A stretch of 53,730 nucleotides of DNA from Arcobacteraceae bacterium (lineage in GTDB: Bacteria; Campylobacterota; Campylobacteria; Campylobacterales; Arcobacteraceae): the NCBI GenBank assembly GCA_048268245.1, contig JBLWVX010000016.1:1-53730 (forward strand), written 5' to 3'. The notes beneath the pieces are model-generated. The model was not told the origin of the DNA. It did no database searches and saw only the letters and a program-made list of their open reading frames with translations. Positions 17,809 through 27,195 of the stretch are shown in pieces. The position numbers and the translations under genes were made by a program. Numbering within the stretch: position 1 is the stretch's first letter; each line of letters starts with the position of its first letter.

Positions 17809-19197
17809 ATGTTTTTAAAAATAAAAAAGCTATTTGATATGAAGATCATTTATACTATTGTTTTTATAACTCTTGTCTTCTGGGCTTTTTTTGCCTACTA
17901 CACAATGAGTACCCTAATAAAAGAGCAAAAAGTATATGCTAAGATAATCAATCTTAGTGGTAAACAAAGAATGCTTTCTCAAAAAACAACTTTGATTGCT
18001 AAAAGATTTTACGAATCAAACGATACAGAACTAAAGAAACATCTTGAAAACCTAATAAAACTTATGGAAAAAGAACACAAGTTCATAATAAATAATCTCA
18101 CCTCAAAAAATAGCAATAAGATATATTTTGATAAACCTCATAATCTTAATGAAAAAGTAACTCACTATATCTCCATGCTTAAAAGTTTTTATAAACAAAA
18201 TGATATAAAAACCCTTGAAGAAATACAAAATTATTCTTTCTCTTTATTGCCTCTTTTAAATGATGCAGTTTATCAGTTTGAAAAAGAGAGTGATAAACTA
18301 ACAAAAGATTTACTAGGAAGAGAAATATTTATACTTATAGGTACACTTTTAACACTTTTCTTAGAGGCTATTTTTATTGTTATTCCATCAATCAGACTAA
18401 CAGAGAAAAAACAAAAAGAGCTTAAAGAATTAAATTCAAAGCTTAAAGAAAAAGTTCAAAAAGCTATAGAAGAAAACAACCAAAGAGAAAATATTCTAAA
18501 ACACCAATTTAGACTTGCTCAAATGGGAGAAATGGTCAAAAATATAGCACATCATTGGAGACAACCCTTATCTATTATTTCAACTTTAGCTAGCTGTATG
18601 AAACTTGAAAAAGAGATGAATACTCTAGAAGATAAAAACCTTCTAAAAAATCTTGATGATATAGTAAGTCATACTCAAAAACTATCAAATATAATAGATG
18701 ATTTTAGTTTATATACAGAGGAATCAGAAGATTTTATATATTTTAATATCACAAAATCAGTAAACCTAACTGTAAATCTTCTTGAAGCCTCACTTCAACA
18801 TGAAAACATAAAGTTAATAAAAGAGTACGAAGATAAAGAGCTTAAAATAGAGGGGAATAACATAAAATTTAGACAAGTAATTTTAAATATATTAAATAAT
18901 GCAAAAGACTCTCTTCAAAAGTCTAACAAAAAAAATAAATACATAAAAATAAACATTAAAGAAAAGAAGAAATCAATTATTTTAGAAATTAAAAACAATG
19001 GAGAAAAAATTGATGAAAGTATTATTGATAAAATCTTTGATATCTACTTTACAACAAAACATAATTCACAAGGAACTGGATTAGGACTATTCTTATGCCA
19101 TGAAATAGTTACAAGATACTTCAAAGGAACTATTCATGCAAAAAACACTAAAGATGATGTTTGTTTTAAAATAGTCCTTCCAAAAGTTCATGCCTAA
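17809..19197 (+). CDS. Histidine kinase with NarX/PilJ-type periplasmic sensor
   Basis: P-box-like INLSGKQRMLSQK after TM1; second TM; IAHHWRQPL H-box; HATPase GTGLGL. Confidence 0.85.
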   Translation: MFLKIKKLFDMKIIYTIVFITLVFWAFFAYYTMSTLIKEQKVYAKIINLSGKQRMLSQKTTLIAKRFYESNDTELKKHLENLIKLMEKEHKFIINNLTSKNSNKIYFDKPHNLNEKVTHYISMLKSFYKQNDIKTLEEIQNYSFSLLPLLNDAVYQFEKESDKLTKDLLGREIFILIGTLLTLFLEAIFIVIPSIRLTEKKQKELKELNSKLKEKVQKAIEENNQRENILKHQFRLAQMGEMVKNIAHHWRQPLSIISTLASCMKLEKEMNTLEDKNLLKNLDDIVSHTQKLSNIIDDFSLYTEESEDFIYFNITKSVNLTVNLLEASLQHENIKLIKEYEDKELKIEGNNIKFRQVILNILNNAKDSLQKSNKKNKYIKINIKEKKKSIILEIKNNGEKIDESIIDKIFDIYFTTKHNSQGTGLGLFLCHEIVTRYFKGTIHAKNTKDDVCFKIVLPKVHA

Positions 19198-19643
19198 TTT
19201 AACTCATTGCTATCTATTATAAAAGTTACGGGACCATCATTATGAATATACACATCCATATAAGCTCCAAACTCTCCTGTTTGAGTGTGAACTTCTAAAG
19301 ACTCAAACTCCTTTACAAACTGTTCATACATAGCCTTTGCAATATCAGGTTTTTCACTACTATCAAAACTAGGTCGTCTTCCTTTTTTCACATTTCCTGC
19401 AAGAGTAAATTGAGAGATAATCAAAGCTTCACCTTTTACATCTAAAAGAGATAAATTCATCTTTCCTTCATCATCAGAAAAAATTCTAAGGTTTACTATT
19501 TTATTTACAAGCTTACTTATATCTTCTTGTTTATCGCCTTTTTTTACACCAAGTAAAATATTTAAACCCTGCCCTATTTCTCCAACAACTTTTCCTTCAA
19601 CAGTTACACTTGATGAACTAACTCTTTGAATTACTGCTATCAT
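19194..19643 (-). CDS. dtd: D-aminoacyl-tRNA deacylase
   Basis: AVIQRVS, SQFTL, GRRPSF, NDGPVT. Confidence 0.97.
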   Translation of the reverse strand: MIAVIQRVSSSSVTVEGKVVGEIGQGLNILLGVKKGDKQEDISKLVNKIVNLRIFSDDEGKMNLSLLDVKGEALIISQFTLAGNVKKGRRPSFDSSEKPDIAKAMYEQFVKEFESLEVHTQTGEFGAYMDVYIHNDGPVTFIIDSNELN

Positions 19644-20248
19644 TTATACTCCAACTTTTCAATTACTAACTTTTTATTCTCAAAAGGATCTATTATCGCT
19701 TCTATTTCTTCAAACTTATATTTTAATCTAAAGCCTATTTTAGAACCTGTTGCTGTACTTTCTAGGATGTAAAATCTTTTGTCATTTACATATAAAGCTT
19801 TCTTATTTGCTATTTTTTCTTTTAGATTTACTATTACAAATATGTGTTTTGGTACTAGTACAAAATAAGCTTCATAACCACTTACTTTAAGAAGGGAAAT
19901 TAAAAGATTTGATTTATCATCACAATCCCCAAAGTTTTGTTTTACTACTTGTTTTGCACTTCTTGCTACTGATTCATTTATCTTATATGGTATTGCTGTT
20001 GTGAAATCAAGCATTGCTTGAACTTCACACTTTTCATCACCTTTGATACAATCTTTTGTTAAATATGAAGCTAGTCTTTTTGTGTAGTCATCTACTCTTA
20101 CTTGATTTACATATGTACTATCACCTATATCTATAAACTGGTTTTTTACTATAAAAAATGAAGTGATTATCATATAAATCACATAAACTATAAATATAAA
20201 AGATAAAATAAAAGAGAAGTATTTTAAAAATTTATTATCTATTAACAT
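19640..20248 (-). CDS. Membrane-anchored transglutaminase-like protein
   Basis: N-terminal TM; GDCDD nucleophile motif followed by PKHIF and ILEST. Confidence 0.72.
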   Translation of the reverse strand: MLIDNKFLKYFSFILSFIFIVYVIYMIITSFFIVKNQFIDIGDSTYVNQVRVDDYTKRLASYLTKDCIKGDEKCEVQAMLDFTTAIPYKINESVARSAKQVVKQNFGDCDDKSNLLISLLKVSGYEAYFVLVPKHIFVIVNLKEKIANKKALYVNDKRFYILESTATGSKIGFRLKYKFEEIEAIIDPFENKKLVIEKLEYK

Positions 20249-21255
20249 ATCTTATCTAGTGCCTCTTTAAACACTTCATTACTATGTGAAGACTTTACAG
20301 CAATTCTTGCATAAGTACCATCTAAAAAGTCAAAGTTACTACAATCTCTTATCATGATTTTATAAGGCTTTAGTTTTTGTTGGAACTGTTTTGCTGTTAT
20401 GTTTTTTAGCTTTACAAGAACATAGTTTGCACTACTTTGATAGATATGTTCTATTAGATTACAAGATTGTAGTATCTTTTCTAATTGGATTCTATTTTTT
20501 ACATTTATTGCTTTTGCAATTCTTTTAAAAGTATAATCTTCTAAAGCAGCTTGCAAATAGTTTGAATCAAACTGTGATAGTTTCCACATAGGCTCAAATC
20601 TTCTTAAACTATCTATATTTTGCTCATTTGAAACAATAGTTCCTACTCTAATACCTGCACTTGAATAGAATTTTGTCATTGATTTTAAGATATAAAGTTT
20701 GTCATATTTTTTGATATATTTTGTAGCTGATTTACCATCACAAAAATCTAAAAAACTCTCATCTATTAGAATAGTACAATGCCTTTTCATCCAGTACTCA
20801 ATAAGCTTGTCTATATCATAATAAGTTCCATCAGGAGTTGATGGATTTACAAAAACCACTAAACTTCCTTCTTTTACAGGTAAAAAAACATTTTCAAATC
20901 TGTTTATAGTTCGAAGTTCATAGCCAAAGTTTATACAAGCTTTTTTATACTCCAAATAAGCCGGACTATAAATAGTACAATGTGTTAAATCAAGATGTCT
21001 AAATAAAGCAAAAATAGCACTACTTCCACCATTGAAAAGCTCAATCTCATTTGGCTTTACACTATAGTTTAAAGCTATTTTTTCATATAAACTGTCATAG
21101 GTTGGATAAGCTGAAATATCTAGTGAATTAAAATCCAAATTGATATTTGGTTTTATAAAGTTGATATTTGAAGATAAATCAATTATATCTTTTACTTCAC
21201 ACTTAAGCTCTTTTGCAAAAGCTTCCACTTGCCCACCATGTTCAAAAGTATTCAT
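20242..21255 (-). CDS. cobD: PLP-dependent threonine(serine)-phosphate decarboxylase CobD
   Basis: EHGG, DLSSNIN, NPSTPDG, DESFLDF, SMTKFY...GIRVG, IRDCSNF; lies in the cob operon. Confidence 0.85.
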   Translation of the reverse strand: MNTFEHGGQVEAFAKELKCEVKDIIDLSSNINFIKPNINLDFNSLDISAYPTYDSLYEKIALNYSVKPNEIELFNGGSSAIFALFRHLDLTHCTIYSPAYLEYKKACINFGYELRTINRFENVFLPVKEGSLVVFVNPSTPDGTYYDIDKLIEYWMKRHCTILIDESFLDFCDGKSATKYIKKYDKLYILKSMTKFYSSAGIRVGTIVSNEQNIDSLRRFEPMWKLSQFDSNYLQAALEDYTFKRIAKAINVKNRIQLEKILQSCNLIEHIYQSSANYVLVKLKNITAKQFQQKLKPYKIMIRDCSNFDFLDGTYARIAVKSSHSNEVFKEALDKIC

Positions 21256-21998
21256 ACGACTAAAGCCAATGCCACATTAAGTAAGATTAGTTCTACATGC
21301 TCTAAAGTAAAGCCTAAACAATCCCCATTTACAAAAACAAACTGTTTATCTAACTTCTTTAAAATCAAATAAAAACTAAGTAGTGAAACAAATAAAAGTA
21401 CTAAAACATATGAGCCAATAAATAAAGCAAAAACTATATATAAAAGACTGAAAAGTTTAACTTTTCCTACCCCTGCGTCTTGAAAAGCAAGAGATAAAAA
21501 ACTATCTTTAGCAAACTTAAAATAGCCAAGTAAATAAATAAAATTTAGCCTTGAAAACATACAAATTATAAAAAACAATACATACTGTTCTTCATAAAGT
21601 AAATATGTAATAGCTGCAACTTTTAATAATACAAAACTAAAAGTATATAAAGCACCAATAGCACCAATAGTTGGCTCTTTCATGATTTTATAAGCATCTT
21701 TTCCACCATGTGAAGCAAACCAAGCATCAACCACATCACAAACAGCTTCAAGATGTAAAAAACCATATAAAGCAAGATATATAACAGCACTTATGAAAGA
21801 AGCATATAAAGGATTAAATAGCTCATTTAATCCTAGATTTAAAACTATCACAAGTGTTGAGATAATAGCTCCAACTAAAGGTAAAAGAGCTAGTGTGTAT
21901 TTATAAGTTTCGTTGTTTATTTCCATCTTTTTAACAAAAACTGGAATAGTTGAGAAATATGAAAGTGCAAAATAAAAGGCATTTAAAACTGTTTTCAT
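21252..21998 (-). CDS. cobS: Adenosylcobinamide-GDP ribazoletransferase (cobamide synthase)
   Basis: Polytopic membrane protein; GFLHLEAVCDVVD, IMKEP.IGA.G, NGDCLG. Confidence 0.9.
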   Translation of the reverse strand: MKTVLNAFYFALSYFSTIPVFVKKMEINNETYKYTLALLPLVGAIISTLVIVLNLGLNELFNPLYASFISAVIYLALYGFLHLEAVCDVVDAWFASHGGKDAYKIMKEPTIGAIGALYTFSFVLLKVAAITYLLYEEQYVLFFIICMFSRLNFIYLLGYFKFAKDSFLSLAFQDAGVGKVKLFSLLYIVFALFIGSYVLVLLFVSLLSFYLILKKLDKQFVFVNGDCLGFTLEHVELILLNVALALVV

Positions 21999-22489
21999 TT
22001 TAGTCTTTTCTCCAAGCTATATTTCACTTCATAAACCTCATCACATTTTTGAGCTAAATATTGTCCTAAAAGACCTGAGATATCCACAAAATCTCTGCTG
22101 TATTTTTCCATAGGAATTATGCCATTTCCAATATCATTTAAAATAAAAATCACATTACAATCAAGTTCAAAAATCTTATTTAGTTGTATTTTCATATGAT
22201 TTAAACCATTGTCCATATTATTTAAAATAAACATTGTCATACAATCAATCAAGTAAGTTTCACCCTCTTTTACAACTTTAACTAAATCCTTTGGCTCTTC
22301 AATAGATAAAAAGTCATCTTTTCTCTCTTTAATATGTCTTGAAATTCTCTCAGCCATAGCCTCATCATTATATGAATTATCATAAGTTGCCACATAATAT
22401 GGTTTTTTATCTTTTGATAACTCTAAAGCTTTAGAACTAGCTTTTGATGTTTTTCCTGACTTTTGACCACCAAAGTAAAATATTTTCAT
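21995..22489 (-). CDS. cobU: Adenosylcobinamide kinase / cobinamide-phosphate guanylyltransferase
   Basis: GGQKSGKT, YVAT, ERISRHIKER, LIDC, G.GIIP...SR.F.D..G. Confidence 0.9.
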   Translation of the reverse strand: MKIFYFGGQKSGKTSKASSKALELSKDKKPYYVATYDNSYNDEAMAERISRHIKERKDDFLSIEEPKDLVKVVKEGETYLIDCMTMFILNNMDNGLNHMKIQLNKIFELDCNVIFILNDIGNGIIPMEKYSRDFVDISGLLGQYLAQKCDEVYEVKYSLEKRLK

Positions 22490-23088
22490 TATAATCCTAA
22501 AAAGTTTTTAATACCTGTAAATACAATCTGAGCAGATAGTGCAGCCAAAAATAAACCTGTGATTTTTGAGATTACAAGAAGTCCTTGTTTTCCAACTACT
22601 TTTTCAATTATATTTGACATATAAAGCATAAGACCTATTACTACAACAGCACAAACCAATGCTAAACTTCCCATTAACATAGAAGAAGTATTATCAAAAG
22701 TAGCACCCATTACAAGCAAGATACCAATTGTACCAGGGCCTATTGTAATAGGAATAGCTAAAGGTACTACTGCTAAATCACTTACATTATCAACGCTTTT
22801 TTTGCTACCCTCTTTATTTCCTTTGATTAGATCAACAGCAGATAAAAATAGTAATGCCCCAGCTCCAATTCTAAAAGCATCCAAGGTAATTCCAAAAACT
22901 TCAAAAATATGTTTCCCAAAAAACACAAGAATTAAACTGATAATTACAACAGAAATAGTAACTTTTATAGCTAAAGCTTTCTTTTCTCTAACTGTTGCTT
23001 CATTTGTTACTGTTAAAAATACTGACAACACAAAAAATGGTGTCATAATAAAGAACATTTTTAAAAATGTTGAAATAAATACTTCCAT
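22489..23088 (-). CDS. MarC-family membrane protein
   Basis: Six TMs; FGITLDAFRIGAG, VPLAIPITIGPG, SKITGLFLAA. Confidence 0.9.
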   Translation of the reverse strand: MEVFISTFLKMFFIMTPFFVLSVFLTVTNEATVREKKALAIKVTISVVIISLILVFFGKHIFEVFGITLDAFRIGAGALLFLSAVDLIKGNKEGSKKSVDNVSDLAVVPLAIPITIGPGTIGILLVMGATFDNTSSMLMGSLALVCAVVVIGLMLYMSNIIEKVVGKQGLLVISKITGLFLAALSAQIVFTGIKNFLGL

Positions 23089-23092
23089 TCTG

Positions 23093-24160
23093 TTATCCTA
23101 ATAAACTTTCAATTTTATTTGTTAAAGCTTGTTTATCAACTCCATTTATAGAAGCATAACAAAGCGCACCGCCACAACCAACACCCTCTTTTGCTTCACC
23201 TTCATCATAAAGCTTTAATGCAGGATGTGAAGATAAACTAAAGTCAAAATCACTTGAGTAAGCATTTATTGAAAAACTTAACTGTTCTAGTAAAGCTTTG
23301 ATATCTGAATTTTCATCTTCATGTATCCATTTTGTTGTACATAAAGCAATATTTTTAGTATCAACAACTCCACCCATTGCCTCAACAATTGAGTTTGCTA
23401 TAAGTAAAGCACTTGCCATTTGAGTACCACCTGCAAGAACTACTTTTAAGTCATCTCTTCCAGTTGAACCTAGTATAAATCCTGCTGTAAAAATCAACAT
23501 ATTATCAGATACTTTTGATAATCTAGCAAAAACATCATCTTCTTCATTTATTAAAGCCATAGCTTCATTGATAGTTTTTGTTTTTATATCCTCAGGTGAG
23601 TTTTTAAATGAACTTGAAAAAAGTTTATCTGCTTCATATCCTAAAGCTTTAGCTGTAGCATGTGCTGTTGTTGTACCACTAGGAACTGATTCAGCTAAAA
23701 TCACATAATCACTTCTAAGCTCTAAATTCTGAGCAAACTCCACACCTTTTTGGAAAACATCCATAGCATTTATATTTGCATTTTTATTTATAGCTTCACT
23801 TGGTTTTAAATCAAAGTCATGAACTTTAAAATACTCTAATTTAGGAAGTTCTTGTAAGCCTAAATTTAAAATCTCAATATTATTATAAGGTTTTAATTCA
23901 TGAACTGCTCTTGTAATAAGTGCAGGTGTTGGAACACCTTTTGGTGTTTGAGCTATATTCTCTAAAGACCTTACTTGTTTTACACATAAAAACTCACTAT
24001 CAAGAGTAGGAGTAAGGTATAGTTTTCCAGGGATTCCAGCTTGGGAAATATTTGGTATCTCACAAGTTTTTGTAACACTTGTATTTAATAAAAAAGAAGC
24101 TGTTTTTCCCCTAAGAGATTCAAGAAAGTCTACACTTCCTAAAATTGTATTAAAGTTCAT
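23093..24160 (-). CDS. cobT: Nicotinate-nucleotide:base phosphoribosyltransferase CobT, archaeal/cyanobacterial type
   Basis: GVPTPALIT, ESVPSGTTTA, LAGGTQM, TTKW, YDEGEAKEGVGCGG. Confidence 0.85.
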   Translation of the reverse strand: MNFNTILGSVDFLESLRGKTASFLLNTSVTKTCEIPNISQAGIPGKLYLTPTLDSEFLCVKQVRSLENIAQTPKGVPTPALITRAVHELKPYNNIEILNLGLQELPKLEYFKVHDFDLKPSEAINKNANINAMDVFQKGVEFAQNLELRSDYVILAESVPSGTTTAHATAKALGYEADKLFSSSFKNSPEDIKTKTINEAMALINEEDDVFARLSKVSDNMLIFTAGFILGSTGRDDLKVVLAGGTQMASALLIANSIVEAMGGVVDTKNIALCTTKWIHEDENSDIKALLEQLSFSINAYSSDFDFSLSSHPALKLYDEGEAKEGVGCGGALCYASINGVDKQALTNKIESLLG

Positions 24161-24221
24161 AAAAAACCTTTATTTAAATTTTTAGGAAGTATAACAAATA
24201 TTAGTTTTAAAGTGGTTTTTC

Positions 24222-25991
24222 TTAGAAATTCTTATTTACAATTTCTAAGAAATCTTTAGGGTTTTTATATCCTACAATCTGAGATGATTTAACCTCTTTA
24301 TTGTTTTCATCCCAAAAGATAAGTGCAGGAGGACCTACAACTCCAAATTTTGCTTGTAGAGCTTTATCTTCATCTGTATTTTTTGTAACATCTGCTTTTA
24401 GTAAAGTAAACTCATTTAACTTTGCAATTACAGCAGGATCTTTAAATGTAATCTCTTCTAACTCTTTACAAGATACACACCAATCAGCATAAAAATCTAA
24501 CATTACAGGTTTTGAAGAAGCTTCTATTGCTTCTTCTAACTCTTTTAAATTTTTCACATATTTAAATTTAATACCCTCTTCTACAGCTACACCTTTTGCT
24601 GATGTAAATTTAGAGTATGGTTGTAGTGGATTTGTAGCACCACTTAAAGCCCCTATCATTAAAGAAACACCATAGATAAAAATCACAACTGTAATAAGTT
24701 GAGCTAAAATATGCTGATATATTTTTAAATAAATAGCAGTTCCTAGGAATAATAAAGCCCATAACCACATTACATAAATAGGATCAAGTACTCTATCCAG
24801 CATCCAAATAGCAACTGCAAGCATTACGATACCAAATATTTTCGATACTGAATCCATCCAGCCACCTGGTTTTGGCATATATTTACCTGCACCTAATCCT
24901 ATTAAAAGTAAAGGTACACCCATACCAATACTCATTACAAATAGTGCTGCTCCACCAAGTACAGCATCACCAGTTTGACCGATATAAACTAAAGCTCCGG
25001 TAAGAGGTGCTGCTACACAAGGACCCACTATTAAAGCTGATAAGAATCCCATGATAGCAATTCCTGATATTCCTTGCTTCCCATCCGTACTTCTTGTAAT
25101 CTTATTTTGAAGACTTTGAGGTAGTTCTAATTTATAGTAGCCAAACATAGAGAATGCAAGTGCGACAAAAATACCTGCAAACACTGTTAACACATATGGG
25201 TTTTGAAGTGCTACTTGAATATTTGCTCCAAATATTGCTGCTACAACACCTGCAATTGTATATGCTATTGACATTGAAACTACATATACAAGTGACAATA
25301 AGAAACCTTTTGCAGGAGTTATTTCACTTTGATTCCCTGCTTTTACAATAATAGAAGATAAAATAGGAATCATAGGGAAAATACAAGGTGTTAATGAAAG
25401 TCCAAGACCTGCTAAAAAGAAAAAACCTAAGATAACAAAAAAGCTTCCATCTTTTAAAATATTTGCTATTTGATCTGTTTCATTTAAAGCTTGTGCTTCT
25501 TCTTTTGGTTCACTAGAAGTTTGTTTTTCAACATTTTGTGATGAACTTTTGGTACTTGATTCTCCAAATCCAACTAAGTCTAAAGTAAATTTTTCACTCA
25601 TTGGAGCATAACAAAGACCTGCTTTTGAACATCCTTGAAACTGTACTTCTAACTCATAAACTTGTGAATCAATCTTTGAGCTTAAAAGTGAAATAGGAAT
25701 ATTTACATCTATGTTATTAAATTGAACTATCCATTCTTCATAAGGTACTGGTTTTGGAAGATTTAACTCTTTAGTAATTTCTATTTTTGATGGTTTTGTA
25801 ATAAAAAACTTTAACTTATCATCATAAAGATAAATATCTTGACCTAATGCTAATTTAAAGTTAACATTCTCTTGTGTTTTAGTAAAACTTGTTTTAAAGG
25901 CTTCATCTGGTTCTAATATCACTCTTTTTTCAATAGCAAAAATTGATTGAAAAAGTAAGGCTAATAAAACTATGCTTCTTAATATATACAT
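24222..25991 (-). CDS. dsbD: Thiol:disulfide interchange protein DsbD
   Basis: Alpha domain QGCSKAGLCY, membrane domain TPCIFPMIP and GPCVAAP, thioredoxin domain WCVSC. Confidence 0.95.
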   Translation of the reverse strand: MYILRSIVLLALLFQSIFAIEKRVILEPDEAFKTSFTKTQENVNFKLALGQDIYLYDDKLKFFITKPSKIEITKELNLPKPVPYEEWIVQFNNIDVNIPISLLSSKIDSQVYELEVQFQGCSKAGLCYAPMSEKFTLDLVGFGESSTKSSSQNVEKQTSSEPKEEAQALNETDQIANILKDGSFFVILGFFFLAGLGLSLTPCIFPMIPILSSIIVKAGNQSEITPAKGFLLSLVYVVSMSIAYTIAGVVAAIFGANIQVALQNPYVLTVFAGIFVALAFSMFGYYKLELPQSLQNKITRSTDGKQGISGIAIMGFLSALIVGPCVAAPLTGALVYIGQTGDAVLGGAALFVMSIGMGVPLLLIGLGAGKYMPKPGGWMDSVSKIFGIVMLAVAIWMLDRVLDPIYVMWLWALLFLGTAIYLKIYQHILAQLITVVIFIYGVSLMIGALSGATNPLQPYSKFTSAKGVAVEEGIKFKYVKNLKELEEAIEASSKPVMLDFYADWCVSCKELEEITFKDPAVIAKLNEFTLLKADVTKNTDEDKALQAKFGVVGPPALIFWDENNKEVKSSQIVGYKNPKDFLEIVNKNF

Positions 25992-26004
25992 TTTATTGTA
26001 CTCC

Positions 26005-26373
26005 TTATTTTAACTCAAATATTTTTCTTGAACTTTTTAAAAGTTCATCTGCAGATTGTATGCCAACTATAGTTTTTAAAGGTTTTCCATCTTTAAAATA
26101 TACTAATGATGGAAGTTTTGTAATCTTATACTTTTTTGCAAGTGCTAATTGCTCATCAATATTTACTTTAAAAATCTCTACATTATCAGGTTTTATTATC
26201 TCAAACTCTTGAAGTTTTCTATTCAAAACTTTACAAGGAGGACACCAAACTGCATAAAAATCGATAATAGCATTTTTATCTTTTATCTTTGTTTCAAAAT
26301 TATCAGTATTCAACTCTTCAAATGCAAAAAGTGAAACTACTGTAAAAAGAAATAAAATTAATATTTTATTCAT
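26005..26373 (-). CDS. Exported thioredoxin-family protein
   Basis: Signal peptide (SLFA), DFYAVWCPPC, cis-Pro loop LPSL; directly upstream of dsbD. Confidence 0.85.
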   Translation of the reverse strand: MNKILILFLFTVVSLFAFEELNTDNFETKIKDKNAIIDFYAVWCPPCKVLNRKLQEFEIIKPDNVEIFKVNIDEQLALAKKYKITKLPSLVYFKDGKPLKTIVGIQSADELLKSSRKIFELK

Positions 26374-26512
26374 ATTATTTGCCTTTAAATAAATTCTTAT
26401 TATATTAATGACATTATATATAATATTTATAAAGAGTTTGTTAATTTGCTTAACTTATATTATATTTATATTTTATTATAATTTTTTATTATATAACTAA
26501 AGGGATTTTTTA

Positions 26513-26875
26513 ATGGATGAATTAGTTAATTTACAACCTAAAACTGTAGAAAAAATGATAGATGATTCAAGTGTTGTAATGATTGATGTAAGAAGAGAAG
26601 ATGAATGGTTACGAACAGGGGTTATCAAAAATGCTCATAAAATGACTTTTTTTGATATGTATGGTAATCATAATGTAAAAAAATGGATGGAAGATTTTAA
26701 AAAAATAGTCCCAAACAAAAACACTACAATAGTTCTCATTTGTGCCCATGCAAATAGAACAAGAACTATAGGAAACTTCTTAATTGATCAAGGTTATAAA
26801 AATACTGCCCACTTGTTTGGGGGAATAGCTTTATGGCAACAAGAATTAAGAGAAACTATTAAGCATGAAGCTTAA
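26513..26875 (+). CDS. Rhodanese-like domain protein
   Basis: IDVRREDEW..G.I, active-site loop CAHANRT, HLFGGI..W. Confidence 0.88.
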   Translation: MDELVNLQPKTVEKMIDDSSVVMIDVRREDEWLRTGVIKNAHKMTFFDMYGNHNVKKWMEDFKKIVPNKNTTIVLICAHANRTRTIGNFLIDQGYKNTAHLFGGIALWQQELRETIKHEA

Positions 26876-26890
26876 TAGTCTACAAAAATA

Positions 26891-27127
26891 TTAAGCTTCT
26901 GATGCTTTTCTATCAGCACTTGCTTTTTGTAAAATTTCAATTACGTCATCTAAATTTTCATAAGGAATGTGTGCTTTCCACTGAACATCTTGACCATTTA
27001 ATGAAATACCAATACTTACGATATCTGCTGTATCTTTTCCGTATGGCTCTGTTACATTTGAAACAGAAATTTGTCCTTTTTTTGTTCCCGCTAAAGGAAG
27101 TGAACCTAACTGTGTAATAGTTGACAT
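26891..27127 (-). CDS. Small hypothetical protein
   Basis: AAGGA RBS before ATG, globular-looking 78-aa product, fills the intergenic space. Confidence 0.7.
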   Translation of the reverse strand: MSTITQLGSLPLAGTKKGQISVSNVTEPYGKDTADIVSIGISLNGQDVQWKAHIPYENLDDVIEILQKASADRKASEA

Positions 27128-27195
27128 TTTTAATCCTTAGTATTTAAATTTATCTTTGATTTATTTTACATAAATAAACTTTTGTTTAATTAAAA

